From Octopus vulgaris (lineage: Eukaryota), in assembly GCA_951406725.2 (NCBI GenBank), contig OX597839.1, positions 2,790,001 to 2,854,000 of the forward strand: a stretch of 64,000 nucleotides of DNA. The letters are read 5' to 3'. A program made the position numbers and the translations under genes. Numbering within the stretch: the first letter of the stretch is position 1; every line of letters starts with the position of its first letter. Under the pieces are notes generated by a model. It searched no databases. It was not told where the DNA came from and was given only the letters and a program-made list of their open reading frames with translations. Of this stretch, positions 27,154 to 39,882 are shown in pieces.

Positions 27154-28104
27154 GAATAATAATAACAACAGTAATAATAATGAGGACAATGATGATGATT
27201 TCTTATATTCACTGTAGGGGCACATAAAGGGGACATTATAAAGACTTTATAATTTGTGTGAGGTTTTAGTAAAAGTTATGGGGGCACAGAAATATAAAAG
27301 CGGGTGAAATGAGGTAAAAGTACACAGAATATACGAAGTATGTAAATATATGAATGATGCAATCCTCCTGATGCAGGAGAACCTCCAACTAGGGCCAGCC
27401 AAGGAACCCCACATATCCAGGGTCACCCTGACCACCAAAGGCGGAACCCAAGACCAACTGTTGTTTCCCAGTCTACAGGTGCATGGTTAGAGTAGGGCCC
27501 TTTACCTAAACCATTTTTACCTCAGTCACCCACCTGTTGACTAATTCATTGGGGATAATAATACTACTACTAATAATAATAATAGTAATGATAATCCTTT
27601 CTACTAAAGGCACAAGACCTGAAATTTGCAGCGAGGGGACTAGTTGATTACATCAACCCCAGTGTTTTACTGGTACTTGATTTATTAACCCTGAAAGGAT
27701 GAAAGGCAAAGTTGACCTTGGTGGATTTTGAACTCTGAATGTGAAGATGGACAAAATGTTGCTAAGCATTTTGTTAGCACTCCAATGATTGTGTCAGCTT
27801 GGTGCCTCAATAATAATAATAATAATAATAATAATGATGATAATATGCATCAAGTTTTCAATTCTAGTTATATATGTTATAAGAATATTAATCGTACTAT
27901 ATGGCATAAGCTATGTATATTCCAGTTTTCACTAGTTTGCCTTTTAGCAAAAGGCTTATATTTACATTTCAAAATTAGCATCTAGATTATAATCTGGCGG
28001 AGGTGGTGGTGGTGTAGAACTAGCTCAAACAGTTAATTAATTTGTCGTTAACCTAGGATTATTCAAACATTTATTCTCAAGTATGTAATAATGATGATAA
28101 TTAA

Positions 28105-28153
<49 letters not shown>

Positions 28154-28545
28154 GTTTGTCAGGAATAATTTATTTGACTTTGTCAACTTTTCATTACTCA
28201 CCAGTTGCCAATGTACTCTGCCGTGGTTGTCACTAATTCCGTTAGCTTCTACTGTTTCACTGTGTAACAGAAGAATGTAGACTTTAGATACATAAGGAGA
28301 GAGGGTAGACCTGCAGAGAGTGCCACCTTGTGGTGTATTTGATTTTGTTTCTCTTTGTTGCCATTTGTATTTGTATTGGCTGTTTGATTGACATCTCTTG
28401 GAATATTTTCTCTCTGCCACATTCTGGCATTTAGTGAGGAAAAGAAAGACAAAAAGAGAAAAGAAACTCCTGACTATTATTGGTATAGCTGTGTGGTTAC
28501 AATCACAGGGTTTTAAGTTCAATCCCACTGCATAATGCCTTGGGC

Positions 28546-29310
28546 GATGAAGTAACATTGTTGTGGGTTTTTTTGCTGTACAGGGGCAGGGGGGAAGCAC
28601 TCCGTCGATTACGACGACGAGGGTTCCGGTTGATCCGATCAACGGAACAGCCTGCTCATGAAATTAACGTGTAAGTGGCTGAGCACTCCACAGACACGTG
28701 TACCCTTAACGTAGTTCTCGGGGATATTCAGCGTGACACAGAGAGTGACAAGGCCGGCCCTTTGAAATACAGGTACAACAGAAACAGGAAGTAAGAGTGA
28801 GAGAAAGTTGTGGTGAAAGAGTACAGCAGGAATCTTCACCATCCCTGCTGGAGCTTTAGGTGTTTTCGCTCAATAAACACTCACAATGCCCGGTCTGGGA
28901 ATCGAAACCGCGATCCTACGACCGCAAGTCCGCTGCCTTAACCACTGGGCCATTGTGCCTCCTGCTGTACAGACTGAAAGTATGAAACACAACAGACCGG
29001 ATATTGTAGTTGTTGACAAGAAGAAGCTGATTTATAATTGGCATGGCATGTCCATCTGACTGAAATAAAAAAAAGAAAAGAAGCAGTGGAGTAGTATACC
29101 TACTTGAAGTATGAAATCCTCAAGTGCTGGAACAAAGGAATTAACAAAGTCATGACATTGCTCATTATTGTAGGAGCCTTGGAAACTGTGATAAAAAAAT
29201 TTCTGGCAATAAGCCTTGAAAAACTTGACCTTAATCTGGGAATAGGTGTAGTGCAAAAAACATGTCTATTAGGTTCAGAAAAATTCTCCAAAATGATTCC
29301 AATCCATTGA
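28546..29310 (+). pseudogene. Decayed Dong/R4-like RLE fragment interrupted by SINE D
   Basis: DEVTLLW..AVQT before the insertion; KHNRPDIVVVDKK...LKYEI..CW...IIVGAL after it. Confidence 0.7.
28584..28962 (-). mobile_element. SINE family D (tRNA-like head) with 10-bp TSD
   Basis: Head (rc) ggaggcacaatggcccagtggttaaggcagcggact...gcggtttcgattccc. TSD tgctgtacag at 28574-28583 and 28963-28972. Confidence 0.9.
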
Positions 29311-29445
29311 AGTCATTTTGGAGAAAGCAGAACAATAAAAAATTTTTTATACATTCTAGACCACAAGTTGTGTGATTTAATAGGATGAATAATGAAACTG
29401 GTTGAAATACCAATTCTATGAAACAACAAATGATGATGATGGTAA

Positions 29446-29743
29446 TGCTGGTGGTGGTTGTGGTAGCAGCATTAGCAGCAGTGCTGGTGGTGGTTGTGGT
29501 AGCAGCATTAGCAGCAGTGCTGGTGGTGGTTGTGGTAGCAGCATTAGCAGCAGTGCTGGTGGTGGTTGTGGTAGCAGCATTAGCAGCAGTGCTGGTGGTG
29601 GTTGTGGTAGCAGCATTAGCAGCAGTGCTGGTGGTGGTTGTGGTAGCAGCATTAGCAGCAGTGCTGGTGGTGGTTGTGGTAGCAGCATTAGCAGCAGTGC
29701 TGGTGGTGGTTGTGGTAGCAGCATTAGCAGCAGTGCTGGTGGT
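29446..29743. repeat. Perfect 36-bp minisatellite, ~8.3 copies
   Basis: Unit tgctggtggtggttgtggtagcagcattagcagcag with no visible variants. Confidence 0.97.
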
Positions 29744-29987
29744 TTCTGATTGAGGCAGGAGGCAGCAGTGTTTAGAGGGGAATGGTTGATACCACCGACC
29801 CCAATATTTGACTTGTGCTTAATTTTATTGGTCCCAGAGGGGATCAGTAGGAGGCAGTCACTGTATTTCCTGCATGGCGTAAGGGGTGGGGGTGAAGGGA
29901 TTGGGAATCCTCTCCTCCTAGTAAATCCATATTCCTAAAAAGACAGCAAGAAAAAGAATATTGGAAGGTGAACATTTAAAAATTATG

Positions 29988-30141
29988 GATGGCTGTGTGG
30001 TAAGTAGCTTGCTAACCAACCACATGGTTCCGGGTTCAGTCCCACTGCGTGGCATCTTGGGCAAGTGTCTTCTGCTATAGCCCCGGGCTGACCAATGCCT
30101 TGTGAGTGGATTTGGTAGATGGAAACTGAAAGAAGCCCGTC

Positions 30142-30200
<59 letters not shown>

Positions 30201-30660
30201 TATATGTGTGTGTGTGACACGTAAAAACACCATCCGTTCGTGGCCGTTCGCCAGCTCTGTCTGGCACCTGTGCAGGTGGCACGTAAAAAACACCCACTAC
30301 ACTCGCGGAGTGGTTGGCGTTAGGAAGGGCATCCAGCCGTAGAAACACTGCCAAATCTGACTGGGCCTGATGAAGCCTTCCCCAGTTAAACCGTCCAACC
30401 CATGCTAGCATGGAAAACGGACGCTAAATGATGATGATGATGATGATGTGTGTGTGTTTGTGTGTCTGTGTTTGTCCCCCTAGCATTGCTTGACAACCGA
30501 TGCTGGTGTGTTTACGTCCCTGTCACTTAGCGGTTTGGCAAAAGAGACTGATAGAATAAGTACTGGGCTTACAAAGAATAAGTCCCGGGGTCGATTTGCT
30601 CGACTAAAGGCGGTGCTCCAGCATGACTGAAACAAGTAAAAGAGTAAAAGAGAGTAAGAA
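29988..30660 (+). mobile_element. SINE B with family C (30218-30447, +) nested in its internal microsatellite
   Basis: B head, (TA)n(TG)n, C body with (GAT)n tail, then (TG)n and B tail. Confidence 0.9.
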
Positions 30661-32434
30661 TAAATGTGGATACCCTTGTCTAGACATCATGTGATGGTTA
30701 TAAATGAGCATCATCATCGTTGTCATCATCATCATACAAGCAAGGTTGTTTTCATTTCTACTCTTTTGTGGAAAACATGATATAGCTATTGGAAAATTTT
30801 ACCTTGTTTGGAAACAGGTGAGGGTTAGTGATAGCAGGGGCATCTGACTGTTGAAAATCTGCCTCAGCAAATTCCTTCAGACCTATGTGAGCATGGAAAA
30901 ATGCACATTAGATGATGCTGTTGATGATGATTGGGGATGATCTATATCCTCCGTCCCGCTATTATTTTTTCCATTTTTCATGAACTGTTAATCTCTTTTA
31001 TTTATTTATTTTTTTGTTTCTTGTTGAAATAAATATAAAATAGAGAGTAATTATTGTAGAGATTTTTATTATTTTTTCTTATGGATGACTATTGGATTAA
31101 TGAGTTCATCAGATTCTCGTTAACTGTCTATCACTGCAGTGTAGATTTCAATAGCTCTGCTAACCTATATTCTTGAGGCCTGCTTATGCTGCTGCTTGAT
31201 GTTAACTGCAAAACTGGTAGAATTATTTTTAAGAATAGAAACGCATATCCATTAATGGTATGTTTAAAAAGTCAACGAGTGGAATATAGTGAGGGGAGTG
31301 AGAAAAGAAATAAAAAGGTGAGAAAGACGAAAGAAGAAGAACAAACAAAAACAATTAACCTTTTGTTGTGCTCTCCTTTACCTCAATTCTTCTCTGTAAA
31401 AGCACCTGCAATTGTTATTGTTAATCTGCATTTAGAAAAGAATTATGTCAGAAAATCTAAAAATAACTCGTCAAGCTAATTTTAGATCCATTTAAGTGTT
31501 TCCATTTCAATAGAGATCACAATGAACTGTTTGTGAAAGTGTGTTGCAATGATTTTACAGTAGGTAAATTGGTGCACTTTCTTGGTATCTTTTATATCCT
31601 GGTGTTGGATAAATAATTTAATGAAGCAGTGGAGAAGAAAGTATTCACATGATGCAAAACTATTACTGTTACACAAGGTTAAATGCTCTCTGCCAATGGC
31701 TCACAGTGAACTGCTTTCCCTCAATTGCTCTCGGTACTTTTATTTTATGGCAATGTGTCAGTCCACTTTTAGTCACTTGGTGGGTGGTCAGAATCCTTCC
31801 ACAACAGTATCACAATAGGCAAATCAGTACACTTTCTCTGATTTCACCATAGGTAAAAAGATGCTCTTTCTCAGTTAGCAATAGACACAGGCATGGCTTT
31901 ATGGTAAGAAATTTGTTTCCCAATCACATGGTTCCAGGTTCAGTCCCTCTGCATGGCACTTTAGGTAGCTGTCTTCTACTATAGCCTTGGGGCTGACCAA
32001 AGCCTTGTGAGTGAACTAGGTTGGTGTGTTTCCATCTCCATAACTTAGCAGTTTGGCAAAGGAAAGTGATAGAATAAGTACCAGGGCCTAAAAAACATAC
32101 GTACTGAGGTTGGTTTGTTTGACTAAACTTTTTCAAGGTGGTGCTCCAGCATGGTCACTGTCTAATGACTGAAACTAGGTAAAAGCAAAAGAGCTGAAAG
32201 AAATACTGCTAAGCATTGTATCTGATGAGCTATCAATCCAGCCAGTTCACCACTTTACTTTCTGATATCACAATGGCTAAAGTGGATATGCTTTCTGATA
32301 TAGCAATAGGTAAACGTGTACAGTTCCTGATTTAGTAAAAGGAACATAAGTATTTTGTGAGACTTAGCTAAGTCTGGTTAATCAGGAACATTTCCAACTT
32401 AACATATTTTCAAATTTTATTTATAGGAACATTG

Positions 32435-32672
32435 AAATTTAGTTATGGGTATATCATAGATTTGGCTATAGGTACAGCACAGATTTAGCTATGGACACAT
32501 CACTGATTTAGCTCTAGGCACATTATAAATTTAGCTCTAGGCACATCACAAATTTAGCTATGGACACATCACTGAATTAGCCCTAGGCACATCACAAATT
32601 TAGCTCTTGGTGCAGCATAGATTTTGCTTGAGGTACAGATTTAGCTAAAGAATGGCACAGATTTTGCTATAG
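32435..32672. repeat. Degenerate 23-bp minisatellite
   Basis: Units atttagctatggacacatcactg and atttagctctaggcacatcacaa, about 10 copies. Confidence 0.85.
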
Positions 32673-32806
32673 GAGCAATGGTAAACTTCCAGATTTATCA
32701 GTTAGTGCACCCAGATTTGTTGTTACACTTTCAGATGTTTAAAAAAAATAACCTCTTTATTTGTTTTAGGATTACATTTAGCAGATTACCTTATTTATTT
32801 ACTGGC

Positions 32807-32854
<48 letters not shown>

Positions 32855-33197
32855 AATAAAAATACAAGAACAAAATTCAAGAAGTTATTTCAGGAGCTGG
32901 ATAGATTACTGCCCAGAAAGCCATATGTTGGATAAGATATATATATATATATATATATATATCATATGCACATAAGGTACATTTTTCATTTGCTAGGACT
33001 GAAGGAAGGGATAGATAAAAAAATTAAATCTAGTGTGTATATTGGTGTTTATGGGCGATTATAGTCCCTGTCAGTATATATGTATACAATTATGTGTTTT
33101 TGACTACAGCATGAGAGTATTTTAGGTCTTATTTTTGGCAATGTAGGTGTTTCTAACACCGTTGTCATATTTAGTGACAATTATAGTAAATTTCAAC

Positions 33198-33231
<34 letters not shown>

Positions 33232-33233
33232 AA

Positions 33234-33580
33234 GGGTAAATGGTAAAGACCCCCTTCACTCATGAATAGCCATGGGATTGCACTTAGAAAGTTCCCCTCT
33301 GAGGTACAAGTGTGGCCAAGTTGTTTATGGAGCACCAGCAGTTGCCCATGCATACTAGTCTCTCCTCTCTATGCCACTGATGTTATCCAAGGGAAAGGCA
33401 AAGGCCAATACAGCTTGGCATCAGTGATGTCACAACTCATTTTTACAACTGAGTAGAACTGGAGCAACAGTGAGATAAAGTGTCTTGACAAAGAATACAA
33501 AACACATCCCAGTCCAGGAATTGAACTCACTACCTCATGATTGTGAGCCTGACACTCTAACCACTGAGCCATGTGCCTTC
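33234..33580 (-). mobile_element. SINE family E (tRNA-like head)
   Basis: Head (rc) gaaggcacatggctcagtggttagagtg...gagttcaattcc; tail tgaagggggtctttaccatttaccc. A second copy at 37482-37815 (+). Confidence 0.85.
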
Positions 33581-33597
33581 ACACACACACGCGTGTG

Positions 33598-33664
<67 letters not shown>

Positions 33665-33951
33665 TGCTTTCAGTTTCTATGGACCAAATTCATTTACAAA
33701 GCTCTGGTTGGCCTGGGCTTATGTTAAAAGACATTTGCCCAGTGTACAATGCAGTGGGACTGAACCTGAAACCATGTGGTTGGGAAGCAAACTTCTTAAC
33801 CACACAGCCACACCTGAAAAAGAAAACCTGTCTGAATATAGGTGTGTTTTTAATATATGTTTGAAAGTGCATGCTTTTCCTTATTTACATCACACAAGCA
33901 CACACATACATGTGCACACGCTCATATATACTTACATGCATACGTATTACC

Positions 33952-34183
33952 TGTTTCTTTACTACCCACAAGGGGCTAAACACAGAGAGGACAAACAAGG
34001 ACAGACAAACGGATTAAGTTGATTATATCGTCCCCAGTGCATAACTGGTACTTATTTTAATCGACCGTGAAAGGATGAAAGGCAAAGTCGACCTCGGCAG
34101 AATTTGAACTCAGAACGTATCGGCAGACAAAATACAGCTACGCATTTCGCCCGGCGTGCTAACGTTTCTGCCAGCTCGCCGCC
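33952..34183 (-). mobile_element. SINE family A, young copy
   Basis: Full length. Flanks share atgcat(a/g)cgtattacc. Confidence 0.9.
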
Positions 34184-34666
34184 TTTATACGGTAATGCAT
34201 GCGTATTACCAACCCAGAACAAAATAGAAGTACATGTAATATGTATTCATACACACACACACACACATCTGTTCATATCTGGGTGTGTGTGTATATGTAT
34301 ATGTGTAGATACGTGTGTGTGTGTAAATTCATATATTCATCAGTGTCAACATGATTTTAACTGACAAAATGTCAGACTTTTAGCATCATTGCAAATATAA
34401 CCATAATTTTTGTTGTTGCTCTGGCACTAGCTCTAGTTTGATGAGATGGTGGTGGTGGTTGCGAGGGTGGGGTTCCTATACCAATTATTAGTGGATGTGG
34501 TGGTGGTGTAGGTTAGAATTATGGTGCTACACTGTTGATGCCAGAAGGCACTTATGAAGATAACACTGGTGGAGGGGTTACAGGGGTTTATGGCCTTGCA
34601 GTCTCCTAGACACAACACTATATGCACATACATACACACAGACTGTCCCACTCACACACTTTCTTG

Positions 34667-34708
<42 letters not shown>

Positions 34709-34909
34709 TTCGCACACACACTTTCTGACACTCATATACCACACATCACTCTCTCTCACACTCCCTCTCATATTTATACATTCTCTCACCTACACATACA
34801 GAATCTCTCTCTCCATCTCATACACACATATGGTCTCTCTCTCTCTCACACACACACACACATACAAACACATATACATACAGACCCTCCCCCTCTCTCT
34901 CTCTGTCTT

Positions 34910-34944
<35 letters not shown>

Positions 34945-35420
34945 TCTCTCTCTCTCTCACTCTCTTTCACTCACACACATGCCTCTTTCTCTCTTCTCCT
35001 CCTCTAAGAAAGAGCCTTCTATCTCAGGAAGAGATCAGTGTCAAGGGTTGCAGTGTTCTGTTCCTGTGTGAACTGGTCCTTCTGCAAATTGGTTTTGATT
35101 CTTTTTAGATAGCCACTGTTGTTGTTATTTAGCCATAGGTCAGTCCTGCTGAAACAAACACATCTGATGAAAGGCTTTCAAGTCATGACCCCCACCTTCC
35201 TGTCATACTTTTGATAAATATTTCATTTAATTTTTTTTTTCAATTTAATTGTTTTTCTTGTTTTACTCTTAGTTGAGAAAGTCGAAAAGACTGAAACCAG
35301 TACTAACCGTTACAAAATGTATTTCATGATAAAATAATTTTAAGCATTTTCTACCTTGTCTTATTTCCTTATACATATCAACTAGTGTGTTACTTTTCAA
35401 CCTTTACACACACACACACA

Positions 35421-36924
35421 CAAGTAAAAAGTAGACTGTATGACACCACCATCACCACAGATATATACTATAAACACACAGACACACATCAATACCTAAA
35501 TTTTAAGTCGTGCCATCCACCACATACAAAACGCAACATCCCATACTGCCTAGCCAGAAGAATTTGTACCATTATAGAAGATGCAAATATCAGGAACAAA
35601 CGCCTAATAGAACTAAGAGAATTTTTGCTCAAAAAAAAAAAATAATCTCTACTTATAGAAAATGGCATACAGCGGGTTACAAAAATACCCATACAACAAC
35701 TTAGGACAACCCAAGGAAGAGGAAAACAAGAACAAGTCATACCATTCATAGTGACACACAACCCATGTCACCAGAATATCTTCAACTTGTCAAAGCAAAC
35801 CTACCAATCATTGCCCAAAGTAATTAATTAAAAGACATAATCACGGATCGAGCTATGGTGCTTAGTAAAAGACAGCCTAAAAACTTGAAAAAATTACTAA
35901 CAAAGGCAAAATTTGACCTTAGCAACAAAGACCAAACATTCACTGTATCTAAATGCAATGTAGCCGATGTGGCACATGCCAATTCATACATACCGGTCAA
36001 TATATAAACACAAAAACTGGGAAAATATTCACAAACGCGAATATGAACTGCAAAAGCAGAAATTTAATTTACTGCATCAAATGCCCAAATTGTGAAGAAA
36101 TATATGTAGGTCAGACGGGAAACGCACTATCAGAACGCTCACGTGTACACCGGCAACAGATTAGAGACCCAGAGGTCCGTCAGATACCTTTGAGTAACCA
36201 CCTAGCAACATGTGGCCGGAAAATATATATATTTCCATTCTACAAATTACACAGCCCAAGTGAAATCGAGAGGAAAATCAGAGAAAAGAATTTTATTGAT
36301 AAATTCGAACCCAAGCTAAATAAGCAATAATAATAATAATACTTAGATAGCAGGAAAATTATCTTATTTAGGGTTAAAAGTTCTATTGCCACCACCATCA
36401 CCACTAGCAACAATAATTAAGGTGCTGACAATGATGATGATGACAATTAAAATATAAAAATATAAAAATCTCTGACAAAGGCTATTTACAACATTTCTAA
36501 AAATAGCCCAACAATTGCTGCTTAGGCCAGGGTCTAGTTACAGGACTCTTGACATGTCCAACAAAGCGTGATGCCTTAACCAATCAGCTTAACCAACCAA
36601 TCAGCTTAAGTAATTGAGTGATACTACACACTGATTGGTCAGAATACAGTTTGCAAAACCTAGCATCTGGAGCCTACACAGCTGTATTTAAAGCACAGAT
36701 TCAATCATCTCGCTACAGTCAAAAATTGTGAAGCATGACTGTCACCACTATTACATGAACCTGAAGACTGCAGAATTTAATGCATAAAAGTACTAGTTCA
36801 ATCAGAATGAACATTTAACATTCTATTATTTTATTTTATTTTATTATATTATATTATATTATATTATATCATTATAAGATTGTAAATAAAACGTGAAAAT
36901 CAGACAAGGTTGGAATTCCTTTTA

Positions 36925-36925
<1 letters not shown>
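35421..36925 (+). mobile_element. 5'-truncated Penelope-like element (Neptune-like): RT C-terminus, GIY-YIG and 3' pLTR
   Basis: TDIYYKHTDTHQYLNFKSCHPPHTKRNIPYCLARRICTI (PLE RT thumb region), frameshifts, then C..C.TC...NCKSRNLIYCIKCPNCEEIYVGQTG...R...H...E..FI.KF.PKLN. The downstream non-coding part has a hammerhead fold and ends in (TA)n. Confidence 0.9.
36756..36800 (+). ncRNA. Hammerhead motif of the Penelope pLTR (G12 apparently mutated)
   Basis: TGAAC-CTGAAGA-cTGCA(gaatttaa)TGCAt-AAA-AGTACT-A-GTTCA: 5-bp stem I, palindromic stem III, and AAAA where GAAA is expected. Confidence 0.65.
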
Positions 36926-36969
<44 letters not shown>

Positions 36970-37481
36970 CTGTGTATGTATGTACATGTTACATTAATCA
37001 CTATGCCAGACTGAAACAGCCTAGATGGCGAGGTAAGGGTATGAAGGAGGTGGCAGAAGAGTGTACCTACCAGGAATGTTGCATATTCCTAGTCATTGTC
37101 AAAATTACGTGTTAGGGGTGCAAATAATATAACATACACAAACCCCATCACACACACCTTATCTGAACTACTGGAAGAAAAATAAATAAAAATAAAGTGT
37201 CTCCCTCTCTCCAACCTGAATAAAAATTTACATGTCAAACTGTGAACTGCTATGATAGAGAGTGAGGTCAGCCAGTGGTCTGTAGTGTTACTATGGAGTC
37301 AGTTGGTGCAACATTGGCAGGAGTTCAACTGATCTATCCCCAGCTACTCACGTTTTACAACATAACAACATAGCAACATACATATGTGTTTGTTGTTGCC
37401 ATTTAGATTCCATGTCAGCCCCTGACAGAGAGAGAAGACTTATGAGGAAAAGCATTCTTGCTGTTCTTGTATTCTTTTTAT

Positions 37482-37815
37482 TGGTGCATGTCTCAGTGGT
37501 TAGAGCATCAGGCTCACAATCACGATGTAGAGGGTCTGAGTCCCAGAGTGGTCTGTGTGTTGTGTTCTGAAGCAAGATACTTTATTTCATGTTGCTCCAG
37601 TTCACTCAGCTGTAGAAATGAGTTGCGACGTCACAGGTGCCAAGCTGTATCGGCCCCTTTGCTTTTCCCTCGGACAACATCAGTGGTATGGAGAGGGAAG
37701 GCTGGTATGCATGGAAGACTGCTGGTTTTCCATAAACAACCTTGCCTGGACTTGTTCCTCAGAGGCAAACTTTCTAGGTGCAAGCCTATGGTCATTCATG
37801 ACTGAAGGGGTCTTT
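37482..37815 (+). mobile_element. SINE family E
   Basis: Colinear with the reverse complement of 33234-33580. Confidence 0.85.
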
Positions 37816-38247
37816 ATGCTAGAGAAAGAAAAATTAGAAAATAACACACCAACATGTCAGATATTTGGATAGTTAATGGCTGTTATGCTTTATTTTGATA
37901 TACAGGCAAACCTGATGTTGTTTTAAGTTATATCTTCTTTGACTTTACATTGTTTTTCCAAGAAGTTAATTGAAAAAAAAAAAAATAAAGAAACTCAGCT
38001 TCAGTTGATTTATTCAACTTTATGTCAGTCAGAGTGAACTTATTTAAAAGCATCAAGTTTGAAAAAAAAACTTATTTAAAACCCAGTACTGAAGTAGAAA
38101 ATCATATAAAAAATACACATGGAAACCATTTATTCAGACATATGAGATTTGAAATTTAAAAAAATGTTTTTTCATGTTAAGTCAGTTTTTGAGTTAAGTC
38201 ACATGTCTGGGAACTGGAGCCAATGACTGCTGTGAGATGAGATATGG

Positions 38248-38464
38248 CTCTCTTTACTCTTTTACTTGTTTCAGTCATTTGACTGCGGCCATGCTGGAGC
38301 ACCGCCTTTAGTCGAGCAAATCGACCCCGGGACTTATTTTTTGTAAGCCCAGTACTTATTCTATCGGTCTCTTTTTGCCGGACCGCTAAGTGACAGGGAC
38401 GTAAACGCACCAGCATCGGTTGTCAAGCAATGCTAGCGGGACAAACACAGACACACAAACATAT

Positions 38465-38515
<51 letters not shown>

Positions 38516-38640
38516 TACGACAGCCTTCTTTCAGTTTCTGTCTACCAAATCCACTCACAAGGCATTGGTCGGCCCGAGGCTATAGCAGAAGACACTTGCC
38601 CAAGGTGCCACACAGTGGGACTGAACCCGGAACCATGTGG
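38248..38640 (-). mobile_element. SINE family B, young full-length copy
   Basis: Reverse complement of the 22304-22706 structure. Confidence 0.92.
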
Positions 38641-38950
38641 TTGGTAAGCAAGCTACTTACCACACAGCCACTCCTGCGCCCTATGGCTGTGTATCATTCA
38701 GATTATTATTATGTTTTTTGTTTATGTAAATGCTGTATGCCTTTACTATCTACTTCCAAAAGAAACACTAAAACTGAAAAGTAATAATAAAACTGTATAA
38801 TAAACATCCATGTCTCTCTCTCTCTCTCTCTCTCTCGTTTTTTTTTGTTTAATTTATTTACATACCAATTGAAGTTTGAAATTGTAATATTTTGAGATAC
38901 TAACATATAAACTTCTTTCTTTCTTTCTCTTTACCATTTGCTTCTTGAAG

Positions 38951-38995
38951 GAAGAAGTCATTGGAAGGAGGTCATGATCTCAGGCATAAATGCAG
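38951..38995 (+). CDS. dvl: Candidate 45-nt alternative cassette exon of dishevelled
   Basis: Perfect TACTAAC branch point (38898-38904), long pyrimidine tract, first downstream AG at 38949-50, donor CAG|gtataa. 45 nt, open in the phase-2 frame (Q-KKSLEGGHDLRHKC-S). No transcript evidence available. Confidence 0.5.
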
Positions 38996-39651
38996 GTATA
39001 ATATCATTAAAAATATTAACTACTCTCATTTCATTTTCCTTTTTTTATTACTCTTTACTTGTGGTAAACATAATTGTTGTTAAAAGTTGCTGTTGTTTGA
39101 TTTTTGGAAAAAAATACCTGGTTATTGCTATTGCTTCCATCACCAACTCCACAACCAGCTGATATGGCATTATTTATCTTGTCTGTGTGTCCTATCTTGC
39201 TCTGCTCTGTTTACTTGTTACATCAGCTCTCCTCCACCTCGTCTTTATATCCACCCCTAATTATACTAGAGAGAAAGAGAGAGACTGTACATGTCACTAG
39301 CTGTTGTCTCATTACCACCCCTGCTTAGCTCTCACTTGCACCATTGACTTCCAGTTTGGCATTTTAATCTGAACAACAACAACAACAGCAACAACAACAA
39401 CAGCAGCAGCAGTAACAAAAATGGTGAGCCTATTGTGAAGAGCCTCTTTGTAATCACTCAACTGCTAGAAATAGCTGCCAAACTCATTACCCTGTCTAAC
39501 ATAATTTTTGTCCTTGGGTGGCTGCTGTTATTTTCTGTTTACTTACCCCCTAGAAAGTATGAAAAATGGCTTCAAACTTTGCTTTTGAAACAACAATTAT
39601 TCAAACCCCAAAGAATCCCTCTCAATATGTGGCTATCATGTCACCTCACAA

Positions 39652-39882
39652 GGCGGCGAGCTAGCAGAAACGTTAGCACACCGGGCGAAATGCGTAGCCG
39701 TATTTCATTTGCCATTACGTTCTGGGTTCAAATTCCGCTGAAGTCGACTTTGCCTTTCATCCTTTCGGGGTCAATAAAATAAGTACCAGTTATGCACTGG
39801 AGTCGATGTAATCGACTTAATCCGTTTGTCTGTCCTTGTTTGTCCTCTCTGTGTTTAACCCCTTGTGGGTAGTAAAGAAATA
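39652..39882 (+). mobile_element. SINE family A
   Basis: Full length. Imperfect TSD tatcatgtcacctcac / tattatgccacctcac. Confidence 0.9.

Noticed and set aside
27340-27460. DAILLMQE-like peptide as a LINE APE endonuclease start
   Set aside because: Too short and degenerate to support.
28890-28962. tRNA genes at SINE heads (also 33510-33580 and family A/B heads)
   Set aside because: A/B-box-like heads continue into SINE bodies with TSDs and lack a complete cloverleaf.
32435-32672. 23-bp repeats, and the 36-bp array at 29446, as a CRISPR array
   Set aside because: Contiguous tandem units with no unique spacers, no cas genes, and a eukaryotic intron context.
35161-35190. ctgatgaaagg as a hammerhead core
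   Set aside because: No closing stem II or GAAA. It matches a dispersed repeat tail (cctatgatcaaaggcattcc-like) also seen near 15700.
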